From the NCBI GenBank assembly GCA_963710455.1, contig CAVQAG010000005.1:24020-88019 (forward strand): a stretch of 64,000 nt of DNA, read 5' to 3'. Positions 1 through 8,648 of the stretch are shown piece after piece (the stretch's first letter is position 1; the number at the start of each line of letters is the position of its first letter). The position numbers and the translations under genes are program-made. The notes under the pieces were generated by a model. That model worked only from the letters and a program-made list of their open reading frames with translations. It searched no databases and was not told the origin of the DNA. This DNA comes from an uncultured delta proteobacterium (GTDB taxonomy: Bacteria > Desulfobacterota > Binatia > Binatales > Binataceae).

Positions 1-63
1 ACACGCTACCTGCTCGCCCGGTATTCCTCCCGGATCCAGACACTGACTGTATTTCCTAAGTGA
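1..63 (+). CDS. 3' end of an unidentified CDS entering from upstream of the window
   Basis: Frame 1 is open from nt 1 (TRYLLARYSSRIQTLTVFPK) to TGA at 61-63. It has no start in the window, so it is absent from the ORF track. Too short to identify. Confidence 0.25.
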   Translation, partial: TRYLLARYSSRIQTLTVFPK

Positions 64-70
64 ATTAGAG

Positions 71-99
71 GGGGGGCGGCCACCAGAAGGCCGCTCCCC
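71..99 (+). terminator. GC-rich hairpin directly after the stop codon (possible terminator or REP-like hairpin)
   Basis: GGGGGGCGGCC (71-81) pairs with GGCCGCTCCCC (89-99) as an 11-bp stem with one G-T wobble and a 7-nt loop (ACCAGAA). No clear U-tract follows, so terminator function is uncertain. Confidence 0.3.
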
Positions 100-824
100 A
101 AGCGACATGTGCATGGGGGCGGCAGTGCTCAGGGCCGCCGCTGACACGCTTGACGTTCGGCGCTTTCGTATGTGGGCTTTGTGAAAATTGTGGTCACGCC
201 CGCAGATCAAAACAGATTTGTAGTAGAGCCATACCTGACCGACGCAAAAACCCGCTCCCTCCCGAGACCGCCGAAAACATATCTCCGGTGCGACACTTGC
301 ACGGCTTTGATGCACGAATGGACACGGAGTAGGAACGTTAAGATCCTCACGCGTTTTTTAAATTAAAGCCGATGGAGCGGTGAACGCCGTCCAACCTGCG
401 CTGGCCGAAAGCGTGCCACTTGTTTGGCTGTAAGTCGGTCGCGACCAAGTGGCGACTCGTGGCGGCAGCGCCAGCCGCTGCCCATAATTCCCACGTTCTA
501 GGGGCCCATACTCAAGCCACACCCGCACCTCACCGGGCCGGGAAGCCGTGGCAGGAAGGCGGGGCATCTTCACCACCCCGCTTGCATTCGATTCTGTCCA
601 TTGCCACACCGTCGCAATGGTCGAAAACATCAACCGACTCTACGTATGAACGCGGGCAGCTTGGCGCAGGTCAAACGTCATTAGAATTTGCCCGGACTTG
701 AATCTTCTATGTATGACTCATCATCCTTGTCCTCGCTTTCCAAACGCGGCATCGTGTGCTATCTGACTTTTAGTGAAGCAATGCTCCCCTGAATGTTAGA
801 ACGACCAAATCGAGTTAGCGTCTA

Positions 825-3557
825 ATGGCAGACAAAGCCTTTCTAATTCGAGCGCTTCGACTCATAGAAATAGACGACAATACAAACGTACCGACCGTAC
901 TATACTACCCCTCAGGGTCGCAGGTGCTCATCGGCTCTGCTGCTCTCGCCGCAGCAGACGCGCATGATTTATTGAATGAAGATTTCAAGGTAGATCTCGG
1001 CAACATCAATCCCACTTCACGAACTGTTCGAGAGAAATTTCCCACGGCGTCAGGTATACCGAAGTCTGCAGCAGGGCTCACGTCGGATTTCTTTAACCAA
1101 GTACTCAAAGCAGTAGATCGCTGGCTTCAATTACAAGGTGTCGAAGACAACGTAGCACTCTTGCTTGCCGAACCACTATCGATGGGCGGAGAGCTCGCCT
1201 CGGAAGAGTGGCTCTCGAACTATCGGAGGAACATCGACCGTATCTTGACAGGCAGACCCGGAATAGCAGCGGTTGACTTTCTGCCAGAGCCATTTGCCGT
1301 GTTCCAGTACTACCGACACGGACGTCGACACCCGCTTCTTACAGATCAAACAAAATATAACGCCCTGGTGATGGACTTCGGCGGCGGCACGTTCGATGTG
1401 TGTATCGTCGAGACGACAAAGGAAGGTGACATCAGTAGGACACTCCGAAACTCTAAACCGCTCGCTGCGTCTTCTGAACCCATTGGCGGCTTTTATATAA
1501 ATCGTGCTCTGAGCGAAGACTTATTCAGGAGACACCTGTCGGCCTACCCAGGAAAACGGGACAGCAAGCTCGAAACGGCTATAGATATGTACAAGAAGTG
1601 GCGTCGGGATCCCGATTTCCAGCTTGGTTCCATGAGTAACGACTATCGTAATTTTGTAAAGCAATTCAATCGCGTCGTGCATGAAGTAGAACATCTAAAG
1701 CTCGCTTTGTGCTCGCAGGTTGTGGATTGGCAGATAGACGCGCCTCTGACCTTTGGCGGATCGCTCGCCCTACCCAAGAATCCCTACGCTGCGGAGACTG
1801 ATGTTATCAATGTTAAAGTAACTGCGGCGGAATTCCGTCAATTATTCGAGGAAAGAATTTGGAACAGCCATCTCAGACCCGTAATTCGAAGAGCACTCAC
1901 TCGCGGACGTCAGGAAGTAGGAGTAGCCCCACTGTCAGTCGTTCTTCTGTCAGGAGGTTCCGCGAATATAGGATGGCTTCGGACCCTCTTTCAACGGGAC
2001 TTTGCAGATGATTTGCGCGGGGCTCCAATCTTGTTGGAGCCAGATTACCAAGAGGTCGTTGCCAAAGGACTAGCGGTAGAGTGTGCTCGGCGCTTCTTTA
2101 GCGAAGGCGACTTTGCTGCAGTTACATATAATCGACTATGTTTGGTCCTTGAACCCGATAATCGTGGAAGAGAAATCAAGCCCTACACGCCACGGGAGTC
2201 GGGTCTGCCCGATGTCGGGCGAATGCCTGGGGTTCTGCTCCCTTCAGCAAGCGTGCTGAGAGCCTTTGTGGACCACCCGATGCGATGGCGCGTCAAGCTA
2301 GACCACGCTCCGAGGAGAAGGCTCGACTACCATTTTTTGCGGTCCAGTTTTGATCCTGATGACGTGCAGCAGTTACAGAATCCCGGACAGACGGTTGTTG
2401 CCACGCCAAGAGATGCGAAGTTCGGAACGGCACTGACTGTCGAGTTATCAGTACGTCAAGATGGAACAGCATCACCGCGCTTCATTTACAAGGAAGGAAG
2501 CGGGGGCAATGAGTCTTCGGCGGAAGGCAAACCGTTCTTTCTCGACATGACGTATGGAAGCAGCAAGACAGGACCGGGAGCCTATGTAGGCTTCGACTTT
2601 GGCACGAGTAATAGCGCACTGTGCTTTGTGGATTCACAGTCAATAGAAGTTTACAATCGAAGAGCCGCGGAGACTTCTTGGATTGAACTAAGCGATCTCG
2701 TAGGAGTTCTGCCTTACCCGCTTGCGGTCCCGCTGGAAAGTTACCTGAGTTGTGCGGATCCGGCGCGACTGGTGGACAAAGCGAGAGAATTTGCAGAAGC
2801 GGCGCTTGCGATGGGTGCGTACGTCGCGTTCTTAGAGCACTGCAGCAAGAAAGGCGCGCGGGAGTCGAGACTTTTCAAGGGATTTACTCAACGATCTGCA
2901 GGTCCTCTATGGGCTCTATTAAAGGAGGCCCTGCAACAGCTGGGGTCCAACGCAGTTTTAAGCGCACCGTTCCGCGAGTTGATGTCCGGGGAGCTTTACG
3001 AACTTATCAATGAGTTCGTCACATTTCTGACCCAGCAGAAGCATCAGAAGGCTTCTGAGGCGGATCGTGATCATCTGCCTCCGACGAGGGTCCTTGCCAA
3101 TGTCAGCCATACTGTATTCGCGAGAAACCGGTTCGGCTTTTTCGAGGACGTGCGAAAACGTCGCCTGGCAAGAGGGTACGAAGGTCGCTTCAGACATGCC
3201 TGTGGTCCTTCGCGATTTATAGACTTGTATCGTTATCAAGGAGAGGAAGCATTTTCTGAAGACCAGGCGTTTCTCGTAAACGCCGATGATTCAGTGGCGC
3301 TTCCTCTCGAACCGCTAGTATTATGGCATAGTTGCTCCAAACACCCGGATGCAGATATTGGCCACTGCTACCTCTTCGACACGATCAACAAAGGCATAAC
3401 GTCATACAAGGCAGTAGGGCATTCCTGCACCTTGCAGATTAGCTCGTCAGACAGTGACTTTAGAGAATTAAACGAGTATCTGAGTGCCTTCGCATCGACT
3501 GATCAGACGATAAACCCGGTGAGAATTAAGATACTTGAACCGTGGCAACGTGAGTGA
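825..3557 (+). CDS. Hsp70/actin-fold ATPase domain protein, 910 aa, with an uncharacterised C-terminal half
   Basis: Hsp70 NBD motifs appear in the canonical order:
- degenerate phosphate-1 EIDDNTN-VPTVLYY (aa 15-28)
- LLAEPLSMG
- DFLPEPFAVFQYY
- phosphate-2 MDFGGGTFDVCIVE (aa 183-196, nt 1371-1412)
- EPIGGFYINRAL
- adenosine motif VVLLSGGSANIGWL
- EPDYQEVVAKGLAVE

A second, canonical phosphate-1-like motif GFDFGTSNSALCFV lies at aa 589-602 (nt 2589-2630). No DnaK substrate-binding domain was recognised. Confidence 0.8.
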   Translation: MADKAFLIRALRLIEIDDNTNVPTVLYYPSGSQVLIGSAALAAADAHDLLNEDFKVDLGNINPTSRTVREKFPTASGIPKSAAGLTSDFFNQVLKAVDRWLQLQGVEDNVALLLAEPLSMGGELASEEWLSNYRRNIDRILTGRPGIAAVDFLPEPFAVFQYYRHGRRHPLLTDQTKYNALVMDFGGGTFDVCIVETTKEGDISRTLRNSKPLAASSEPIGGFYINRALSEDLFRRHLSAYPGKRDSKLETAIDMYKKWRRDPDFQLGSMSNDYRNFVKQFNRVVHEVEHLKLALCSQVVDWQIDAPLTFGGSLALPKNPYAAETDVINVKVTAAEFRQLFEERIWNSHLRPVIRRALTRGRQEVGVAPLSVVLLSGGSANIGWLRTLFQRDFADDLRGAPILLEPDYQEVVAKGLAVECARRFFSEGDFAAVTYNRLCLVLEPDNRGREIKPYTPRESGLPDVGRMPGVLLPSASVLRAFVDHPMRWRVKLDHAPRRRLDYHFLRSSFDPDDVQQLQNPGQTVVATPRDAKFGTALTVELSVRQDGTASPRFIYKEGSGGNESSAEGKPFFLDMTYGSSKTGPGAYVGFDFGTSNSALCFVDSQSIEVYNRRAAETSWIELSDLVGVLPYPLAVPLESYLSCADPARLVDKAREFAEAALAMGAYVAFLEHCSKKGARESRLFKGFTQRSAGPLWALLKEALQQLGSNAVLSAPFRELMSGELYELINEFVTFLTQQKHQKASEADRDHLPPTRVLANVSHTVFARNRFGFFEDVRKRRLARGYEGRFRHACGPSRFIDLYRYQGEEAFSEDQAFLVNADDSVALPLEPLVLWHSCSKHPDADIGHCYLFDTINKGITSYKAVGHSCTLQISSSDSDFRELNEYLSAFASTDQTINPVRIKILEPWQRE

Positions 3558-4018
3558 TGCTTTCTTCATGCGACGGTAGTTCGTCTGTAAAGAATCGAGT
3601 AGCGTCGGTGTTAAATCCATCTGATACTATATCAAATGGACCCCGAAATAGCTGAACATATAGAAGGCTGTTTGGCGTAGTGGCCGTTAGTGTGATGGTC
3701 TTAAAAGGGGATGACAATGAGGACCGAGCCACAACGGGATAGCCGCGCAGGTTGTTTGAAGTTGACCGAAGACTTTGCCGACCGACTCTGCAAGGTTGTC
3801 AAACCATATGCGACCGTTGAACCTGAAACGGACGTCTGCTTTCCGCGCGGCCTACGATCCCGACGAAGCGAAACTCGGAGAGAACGAGTGCATATTTCGC
3901 GACCCATTCGTTTTTCGGCTGCCGATTTTAGCTCTCCGGATGCTCAACTGATGCACTGAGGTCATCCGCAACACAGACCCGCTTTTTTTCAATGCAATGC
4001 GCCAAAATTCCCGTAGTA

Positions 4019-4045
4019 GCAGGGCAGCGATCCCTGCCGCGTTTT
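4019..4045 (+). terminator. possible intrinsic terminator in the convergent spacer
   Basis: GCAGGG-cagcgat-CCCTGC hairpin (6-bp stem) followed by CGCGTTTTG. It lies about 460 nt downstream of the Hsp70-like stop, so the assignment is weak. Confidence 0.25.
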
Positions 4046-4166
4046 GTGCATATTTCCATATGTTTATATGGGATCGCGCGCAAAGACTGTCCAGAGGTTG
4101 GGGTAGGCGTAGCCAGAGGTATGTTTAACCCGTGATGTCGCGTGGATATGGCGGCCCATTATTAGT

Positions 4167-5510
4167 TCAACCAGGCGGTATACCTGATATCTGCGAGCAG
4201 TCGGGAATGATCTCAAAACACCTTTCACGACAACGGGCGACCTGACTCTGCAATGTCTCGGATATCGGAAGTAGGCGCAAAACCTCGCGATACTGAACTT
4301 CTTTAGGATAGTCCTCAGCTGCAAGCGATGTAGTCACAACCATTACTCGTTGCAGAATACGACGAAGGTTCCATAGCATCGGAGCTATTCTGTCCTCCGG
4401 TTTTCTGCCATGCACAAGAGTACTCCGGACGTTGTACGCCGACTTGACCGCGCGGTGGATCTGTCGTCGTTCATCATCATTCTGGCCTATTAGCAGGGCA
4501 GACCCCGACGCGATTTTCTCCGCAATCGCCTGTTTCTCATCGCCCGTCAAAAGCGCTTCCAGAGCAAAGACGTACTGGAGCAAAGCGCTCTCTTCGATGT
4601 CAGGGCGCTCGCTAAAGTCTTCGCTATCGGTTAAATCGCGCACCGCGCTGTTTTCAAAATTGAGACCCATGTAGGTCAATCTCGCCTCAACATCCCAAGG
4701 GCGAAGCGGATCCCCGAACGCAAAGGTTGCAGTCATGTAGCGTTTTGAGGCGGTAACGAACGATCGCCAGGAAATTAGGTTTTTGAGGGCCACCTCGGCC
4801 AGTTTTATGAATGTCTCGAAACCACTCCACCGGTCCGCGGTGACTTCGTATCGAGAAGGGTCGCCTGTCGAACGATAATGCGGTTCTACGAACTTGTGTC
4901 GCACGAGGCGCCATCCGGGATCGGAAAGAAGTATCACGTTCACATCGAAAAATTGCGTATTGTACAAAGAAAGTATAAGCGCCGGAACGAGATGCGACGC
5001 CAATTGGGGTTTATCTTCGGAGCCCCAGTCCTCCCTGAGGATCCCCGCACTGACCTCAATCTGCGGGATATCGATTAGTTTCGAGGTTGCTGGGTGGATG
5101 CCGCCCCGGAAGCCGCTCAGTTCGCGGTCCGCTCTCACCTCGAAGGCGCCCGCGTCAACAGTACGCGTGGTAGAGAGAAACCAGCGGTTCGCGAGCCATT
5201 GAAAATCACACCTTTCGTCAGGATAAAAAATCCTGACCCACTTCGGGTATAGGGCAAAGTGCCTCCAACGAACCGAGAGACATTCTGCTGACTTGGTATC
5301 CTGCGATCTCAAAGTGTTCTCTGGGGAACCAGCATCTGTCCAGCGAGTAAACAACGATGATGCTCCGCTTCTGCTTAAGCAGGCGGGCGGATATGGCAGG
5401 CCAGTAATCTTGCATCGGCTTCCCTCCGACGACCCCGTGGTAATAGCCGGAGCGGCGGAGAACGTCGGCAACTGCTTCGTATGCGTCATAGCCTCCCATT
5501 CCTCGGGCAA
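4167..5510 (-). CDS. ApeA-like HEPN-domain protein (predicted RNase toxin / abortive-infection effector)
   Basis: The C-terminal helical domain reads ALLQYVFALEALL...RAVKSAYNVRSTLVHG. It contains the HEPN Rx4H motif R362-S-T-L-V-H367 (nt 4410-4427). The size (about 440 aa) and the layout of an N-terminal domain plus a C-terminal HEPN domain resemble ApeA. The start is uncertain: TTG 5510, ATG 5489, or ATG 5499 in another frame joined through an A6 homopolymer at 5225-5230. Confidence 0.65.
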   Translation of the reverse strand: MPEEWEAMTHTKQLPTFSAAPAITTGSSEGSRCKITGLPYPPACLSRSGASSLFTRWTDAGSPENTLRSQDTKSAECLSVRWRHFALYPKWVRIFYPDERCDFQWLANRWFLSTTRTVDAGAFEVRADRELSGFRGGIHPATSKLIDIPQIEVSAGILREDWGSEDKPQLASHLVPALILSLYNTQFFDVNVILLSDPGWRLVRHKFVEPHYRSTGDPSRYEVTADRWSGFETFIKLAEVALKNLISWRSFVTASKRYMTATFAFGDPLRPWDVEARLTYMGLNFENSAVRDLTDSEDFSERPDIEESALLQYVFALEALLTGDEKQAIAEKIASGSALLIGQNDDERRQIHRAVKSAYNVRSTLVHGRKPEDRIAPMLWNLRRILQRVMVVTTSLAAEDYPKEVQYREVLRLLPISETLQSQVARCRERCFEIIPDCSQISGIPPG

Positions 5511-5544
5511 GCTATCTACAAAATTGGTGAATTCTTCGCAGTGT

Positions 5545-5676
5545 TCAAGTTGATCGACTATTCGGCCGAAGAGATGACGGGAGAAGTATCAGCTTCCGCT
5601 CCTCGTCCTGCATCTGATGCAGCATGCGCCGGACGTAGGCGTCGAAGCGCACGAATGATTGCGGGCATTCGATCAT
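5545..5676 (-). CDS. small hypothetical ORF (43 aa) immediately upstream of the HEPN gene
   Basis: ATG at 5676 is preceded by a strong SD (AGGGGAGG, 7-nt spacing). It translates to MIECPQSFVRFDAYVRRMLHQMQDEERKLILLPSSLRPNSRST and ends at TGA 5547-5545. It is below the 60-aa cutoff of the ORF track. Confidence 0.3.
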   Translation of the reverse strand: MIECPQSFVRFDAYVRRMLHQMQDEERKLILLPSSLRPNSRST

Positions 5677-6219
5677 GCTTGGCCTCCCCTTGGAAAAATT
5701 TAGGCCCCGACAGTTCCACAAGACAGACGTTACATGCTTCGGTCAAGAATATTACAATTCGGTGCGGCTTCGTCCCGCTACACTCGCTTAAGCCACAAAA
5801 GTTGACGGGAGTGACGCTCGGCCCGTGCATCTCTTAGTAAGCGGTTAAGCAGCAACTGCTCAGAGGTAAATGAATCGACAGATTCTCCCTTTTAACAGGT
5901 CGGCAGTCGGATGACTGAGATGATCGGCCTCCGCTAGCTACTTTACAGTTCCGAGCAGAGCGCAATCCCAGATCAAGTCACCAACGTGTTGATCTGCCAT
6001 ATGCGCTCGTGGGCCCAAACACTTTTTCGTGAGGCGAATTGCACCCTCCCATTGTTCAACTGTGCACGGCTCCGGCACGTCAGGCGCATTCGCGAAATAG
6101 ACCAACAATAGCTAGGCGTCGAGCCCATTGTCTCTTCACAGAAAGTGAAGATGTGCAAGACGGTTTACGGTCTGATAGAAAGGCGAGGCTCCACGGCGCT
6201 TCAGGTCTCGCGCCAAACC

Positions 6220-6352
6220 CTAGTGTCGTGTCTCGTAAGATTCTGTAGCAACGCGGACGGATCTTCTCTCCGCTTTTCTCTCAAGGAACGCGGCGTTTCG
6301 CCAGACTAAGGCCTTCGCGTTCGCTCCAGATATTTGCGAGACACGACACTAG
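6220..6352. repeat. perfect 16-bp inverted repeat flanking a 101-bp spacer
   Basis: CTAGTGTCGTGTCTCG at 6220-6235 and its exact reverse complement CGAGACACGACACTAG at 6337-6352. Confidence 0.85.
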
Positions 6353-6429
6353 TTTCGCTTCTTCAAGAGACTCCTTGATTAGCGAGAGCGACTGGATCTG
6401 ATGCCCTGCTAACGAAATCCACAGATTCC

Positions 6430-6687
6430 TCAATGTAGGCTTTTGCCTCTACCAATCCTTCCACTGTCCGTCCTCGCCAGCGCATCCCACCTCGGTCCGC
6501 TGGCTGGCCAAAAGCTGGTCAGCGGTGCGGGCAAGACCGGTAAACCAAGCCGTTCCAAAAATTGCTGATCGTAGTATTCTGCGTAATTGTCATAGCGCAC
6601 TGGGGAGAGCCAGGTGATCGACTCTGTTTTGCTCCAATCCAGTGCGTTGGCAACTCTCTCCAGGCACGGATCAAATATCGAGATCAT
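6430..6687 (-). pseudogene. N-terminal fragment of an uncharacterised (possibly nuclease-like) protein
   Basis: The 85-aa ORF (WLSPVRYDNYAEYYDQQFLERLGL...FWPASGPRWDALAR) reads like the start of a larger conserved protein but ends abruptly (GRIGRGKSLH*). Family assignment is from memory only. Confidence 0.35.
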
Positions 6688-6753
6688 TTTTCTTAAGCCT
6701 GTTCCCTTGGCTTTGTGCAGTATCCGAGAGAAAGTGTGAGGCAGTGCAACGCC

Positions 6754-6996
6754 CTACTGCAGGGCGAATCGTGCGCTTCGTGGGAAGCGCAGCGGCCCTC
6801 CGCGTTCAAATTTCGAGGAATATTTGCCGTCGTTGTCTGGTAGACGCAGGCAAATCCCTCCGAGTTCGCCGGCGTGCTCATAGACAAATTCGCGCGACAT
6901 GTTGAGCGCGCGCGCCAACTCGCCGACCGTCATGAGGGGATAGTCTTCGGAATCAATCATACTTGGCAACCGGTGCACCTGGCTTTGAGGGTCCAC
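6754..6996 (-). CDS. AlpA/excisionase-type helix-turn-helix DNA-binding protein
   Basis: MTVGELARALNMSREFVYEHAGELGG...LRFPRSA matches the HTH_17/MerR-like excisionase pattern. The probable start is an internal Met (aa 13 or 22). Confidence 0.6.
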   Translation of the reverse strand: MDPQSQVHRLPSMIDSEDYPLMTVGELARALNMSREFVYEHAGELGGICLRLPDNDGKYSSKFERGGPLRFPRSARFALQ

Positions 6997-7129
6997 CCAC
7001 GATCAGAGGAAGAGCTGGGTCGTCTCTGTGCAATCTGCGATCTCCGAAGAATTCGGCACTACGCTGCGCGTCGCGTGGCGTGATGCTTCCTCACGTTACC
7101 TCCGTCCAGGAACGAGATGGTGCGGCGGA

Positions 7130-8088
7130 TTAATTTCGTGTATTGCCGGTTGCCATGTGCCCGCCGTGGCGTTCGAGCAGGTTGTAAATGCTACGCCGCG
7201 CGACCCCGAGAATCCGGGCCGCGCGGGTCTTGTTTCCACCGACCGACGCCAATGTCCGGAAAATCAGTTCGGCCTCGACCTCTTTCAGCGAGGCGCCAAG
7301 CCGAATCGTGAAATCCGGGTCGGTTCCTGTCCCAGCTTGATCGGCCAGGTCGATCGGCAAATCACCGGATGAAAGCATCGACGACCGGCACAAGATGACC
7401 GCGCGCTCGATGACGTTGCGCAACTCACGAACATTGCCCGGCCACGAATAAGCCTTAAGCGACTTCAGGCAATCCTCGGCTATTCCCTGAACCGCCTTGC
7501 GGTGTTCCCGATTGAACTGTCGGAGGAACTCCGCGGCCAATAACGGCACATCCTCAATCCGTTCGCGCAGCGGCGGAAGTTCGATCGAAAGCACGCTCAG
7601 GCGAAAGTACAAGTCTTCCCGCAGCCTACCCTCGCGGATAGCGCGCCGAGGCTGACGGTTGGAGGCAGCCAGGACTCGCACATCGATTGGAATCTCCCTG
7701 ACCGCCGCCCAGACGCCGGAACTCTTTCTCTTCCAGCACCCGGAGAAGCTTGGCTTGCATCTCGGAGCCGCATCTCGGTTATCTCGTCGAGCAGGAGCGT
7801 TCCGCCGTTGGCGCGCTCGAAACACCCTTCTCGCCGCTGATGAGCCCCGGTAAAGGCGCCGCGCTCGTGCCCGAATAGCTCGCTCTCGATCAGGGTTTCG
7901 GGTACTGCGGCGCAATTTATCGCAACGAATGGCCGGTCGCGCCGCTCAGAACGCGCATGGATAGATTTCGCGGCAAGTTCCTTACCGGTACCGCTCTCAC
8001 CCGTAATAACGACAGGAGCAGTCGTAGCGGCGACTTGTTCAATCAGGTTGAAAACCCGACGTGCCGCTGGCGACCGACCTACTAACAT
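7130..8088 (-). pseudogene. sigma-54-dependent transcriptional activator (AAA+ and Fis-type HTH), lacking a sensor domain and frameshifted
   Basis: ORF 7597-8088 carries [12 protein letters not shown]...[18 protein letters not shown]...[15 protein letters not shown]...[12 protein letters not shown]. The third frame carries [20 protein letters not shown] (about 7700-7760). ORF 7130-7915 carries [13 protein letters not shown]...[11 protein letters not shown]...PPLRERIEDVPLL...SWPGNVRELRNVIERA...GGNKTRAARILGVARRSIYNLL. At least two frame changes lie between about 7695 and 7770. The protein starts directly at the AAA+ domain. Confidence 0.85.
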
Positions 8089-8203
8089 GCTTCGCTCGCG
8101 AACCTTTCGGACTCACCACCACTCCTCCCGCACCACCACCCTGATGGCACTAATGAATCTATTGGCAACTTAGATAAGTGAAATGACCGTCTATTTCTCT
8201 CAC

Positions 8204-8246
8204 TTGAAGTTATTGAAGTTAGACGAAGTATAACTGATGAAACTTC
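8204..8246. repeat. tandem 9-bp repeat plus short inverted repeat in an AT-rich spacer
   Basis: TTGAAGTTA occurs twice in tandem (8204-8212 and 8213-8221). It is followed by GAAGT (8225-8229) and ACTTC (8242-8246). Confidence 0.7.
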
Positions 8247-8648
8247 AGTAATTGAGAGCAAATCAGGTCTGTACCATGTTTAGTATCGACAACTTTGCGT
8301 TCCGATGCTGGTGTAGCTTCGCCAGGCGCTCTGCCTAAGACGCTCCGGGCGTCGGACGAAATCCGCATGAATGAAAGTGAGCAGGATTTGCGCACTGATC
8401 GGTCGAACCGACGAATTCTTTAAGTATTTCGCGTGGGTTTTCGGCTGATCGTGCAAAGCTTGTACATGCACACCGGCTTTTCCGCCATCTGATCGCCAAA
8501 TCCTCTCGCGCGGGAGGCGAACCAGTACCGCGTGAGCCTAACTCCGTGTCTCGCAGGGCGGATCGAACGAACGGCATCGCGGTTGCTCAGTGATTCAGTG
8601 GATGAGTCTGCTGTGGAGGTGTGGAACGCTTGTGCTCTCGGAGTTGTC

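Noticed and set aside
100-800. Several 60-93-aa ORFs on both strands upstream of the Hsp70-like gene, and the possibility of an ncRNA there
   Set aside because: The ORFs have no SD, no motifs and biased composition. I could not recognise any known RNA family (tmRNA, RNase P, group II intron, retron msr/msd) by eye. The region is left as unexplained non-coding DNA. An Infernal/Rfam scan would be the decisive test.
825-3557. Annotation as the chaperone DnaK/HscA
   Set aside because: No substrate-binding beta-sandwich or lid region was recognisable, and no dnaJ, grpE or hscB lies nearby. The phosphate-1 motif is degenerate and the gene sits in low-GC island DNA. It shares only the actin/Hsp70 ATPase fold.
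3558-4166. Possible third gene in the convergent spacer (ORFs 3711-3959 +, 3701-3907 -, 3526-3732 -)
   Set aside because: Minus-strand translation gives protein-like snippets in three different frames (WVAKYALVLSEFRFVGIVGRAE, FDNLAESVGKVFGQLQ, FKTITLTATTPNSLLYVQLFRGPFDIVSDGF). There is no continuous ORF, start or motif. It may be a decayed gene but cannot be supported.
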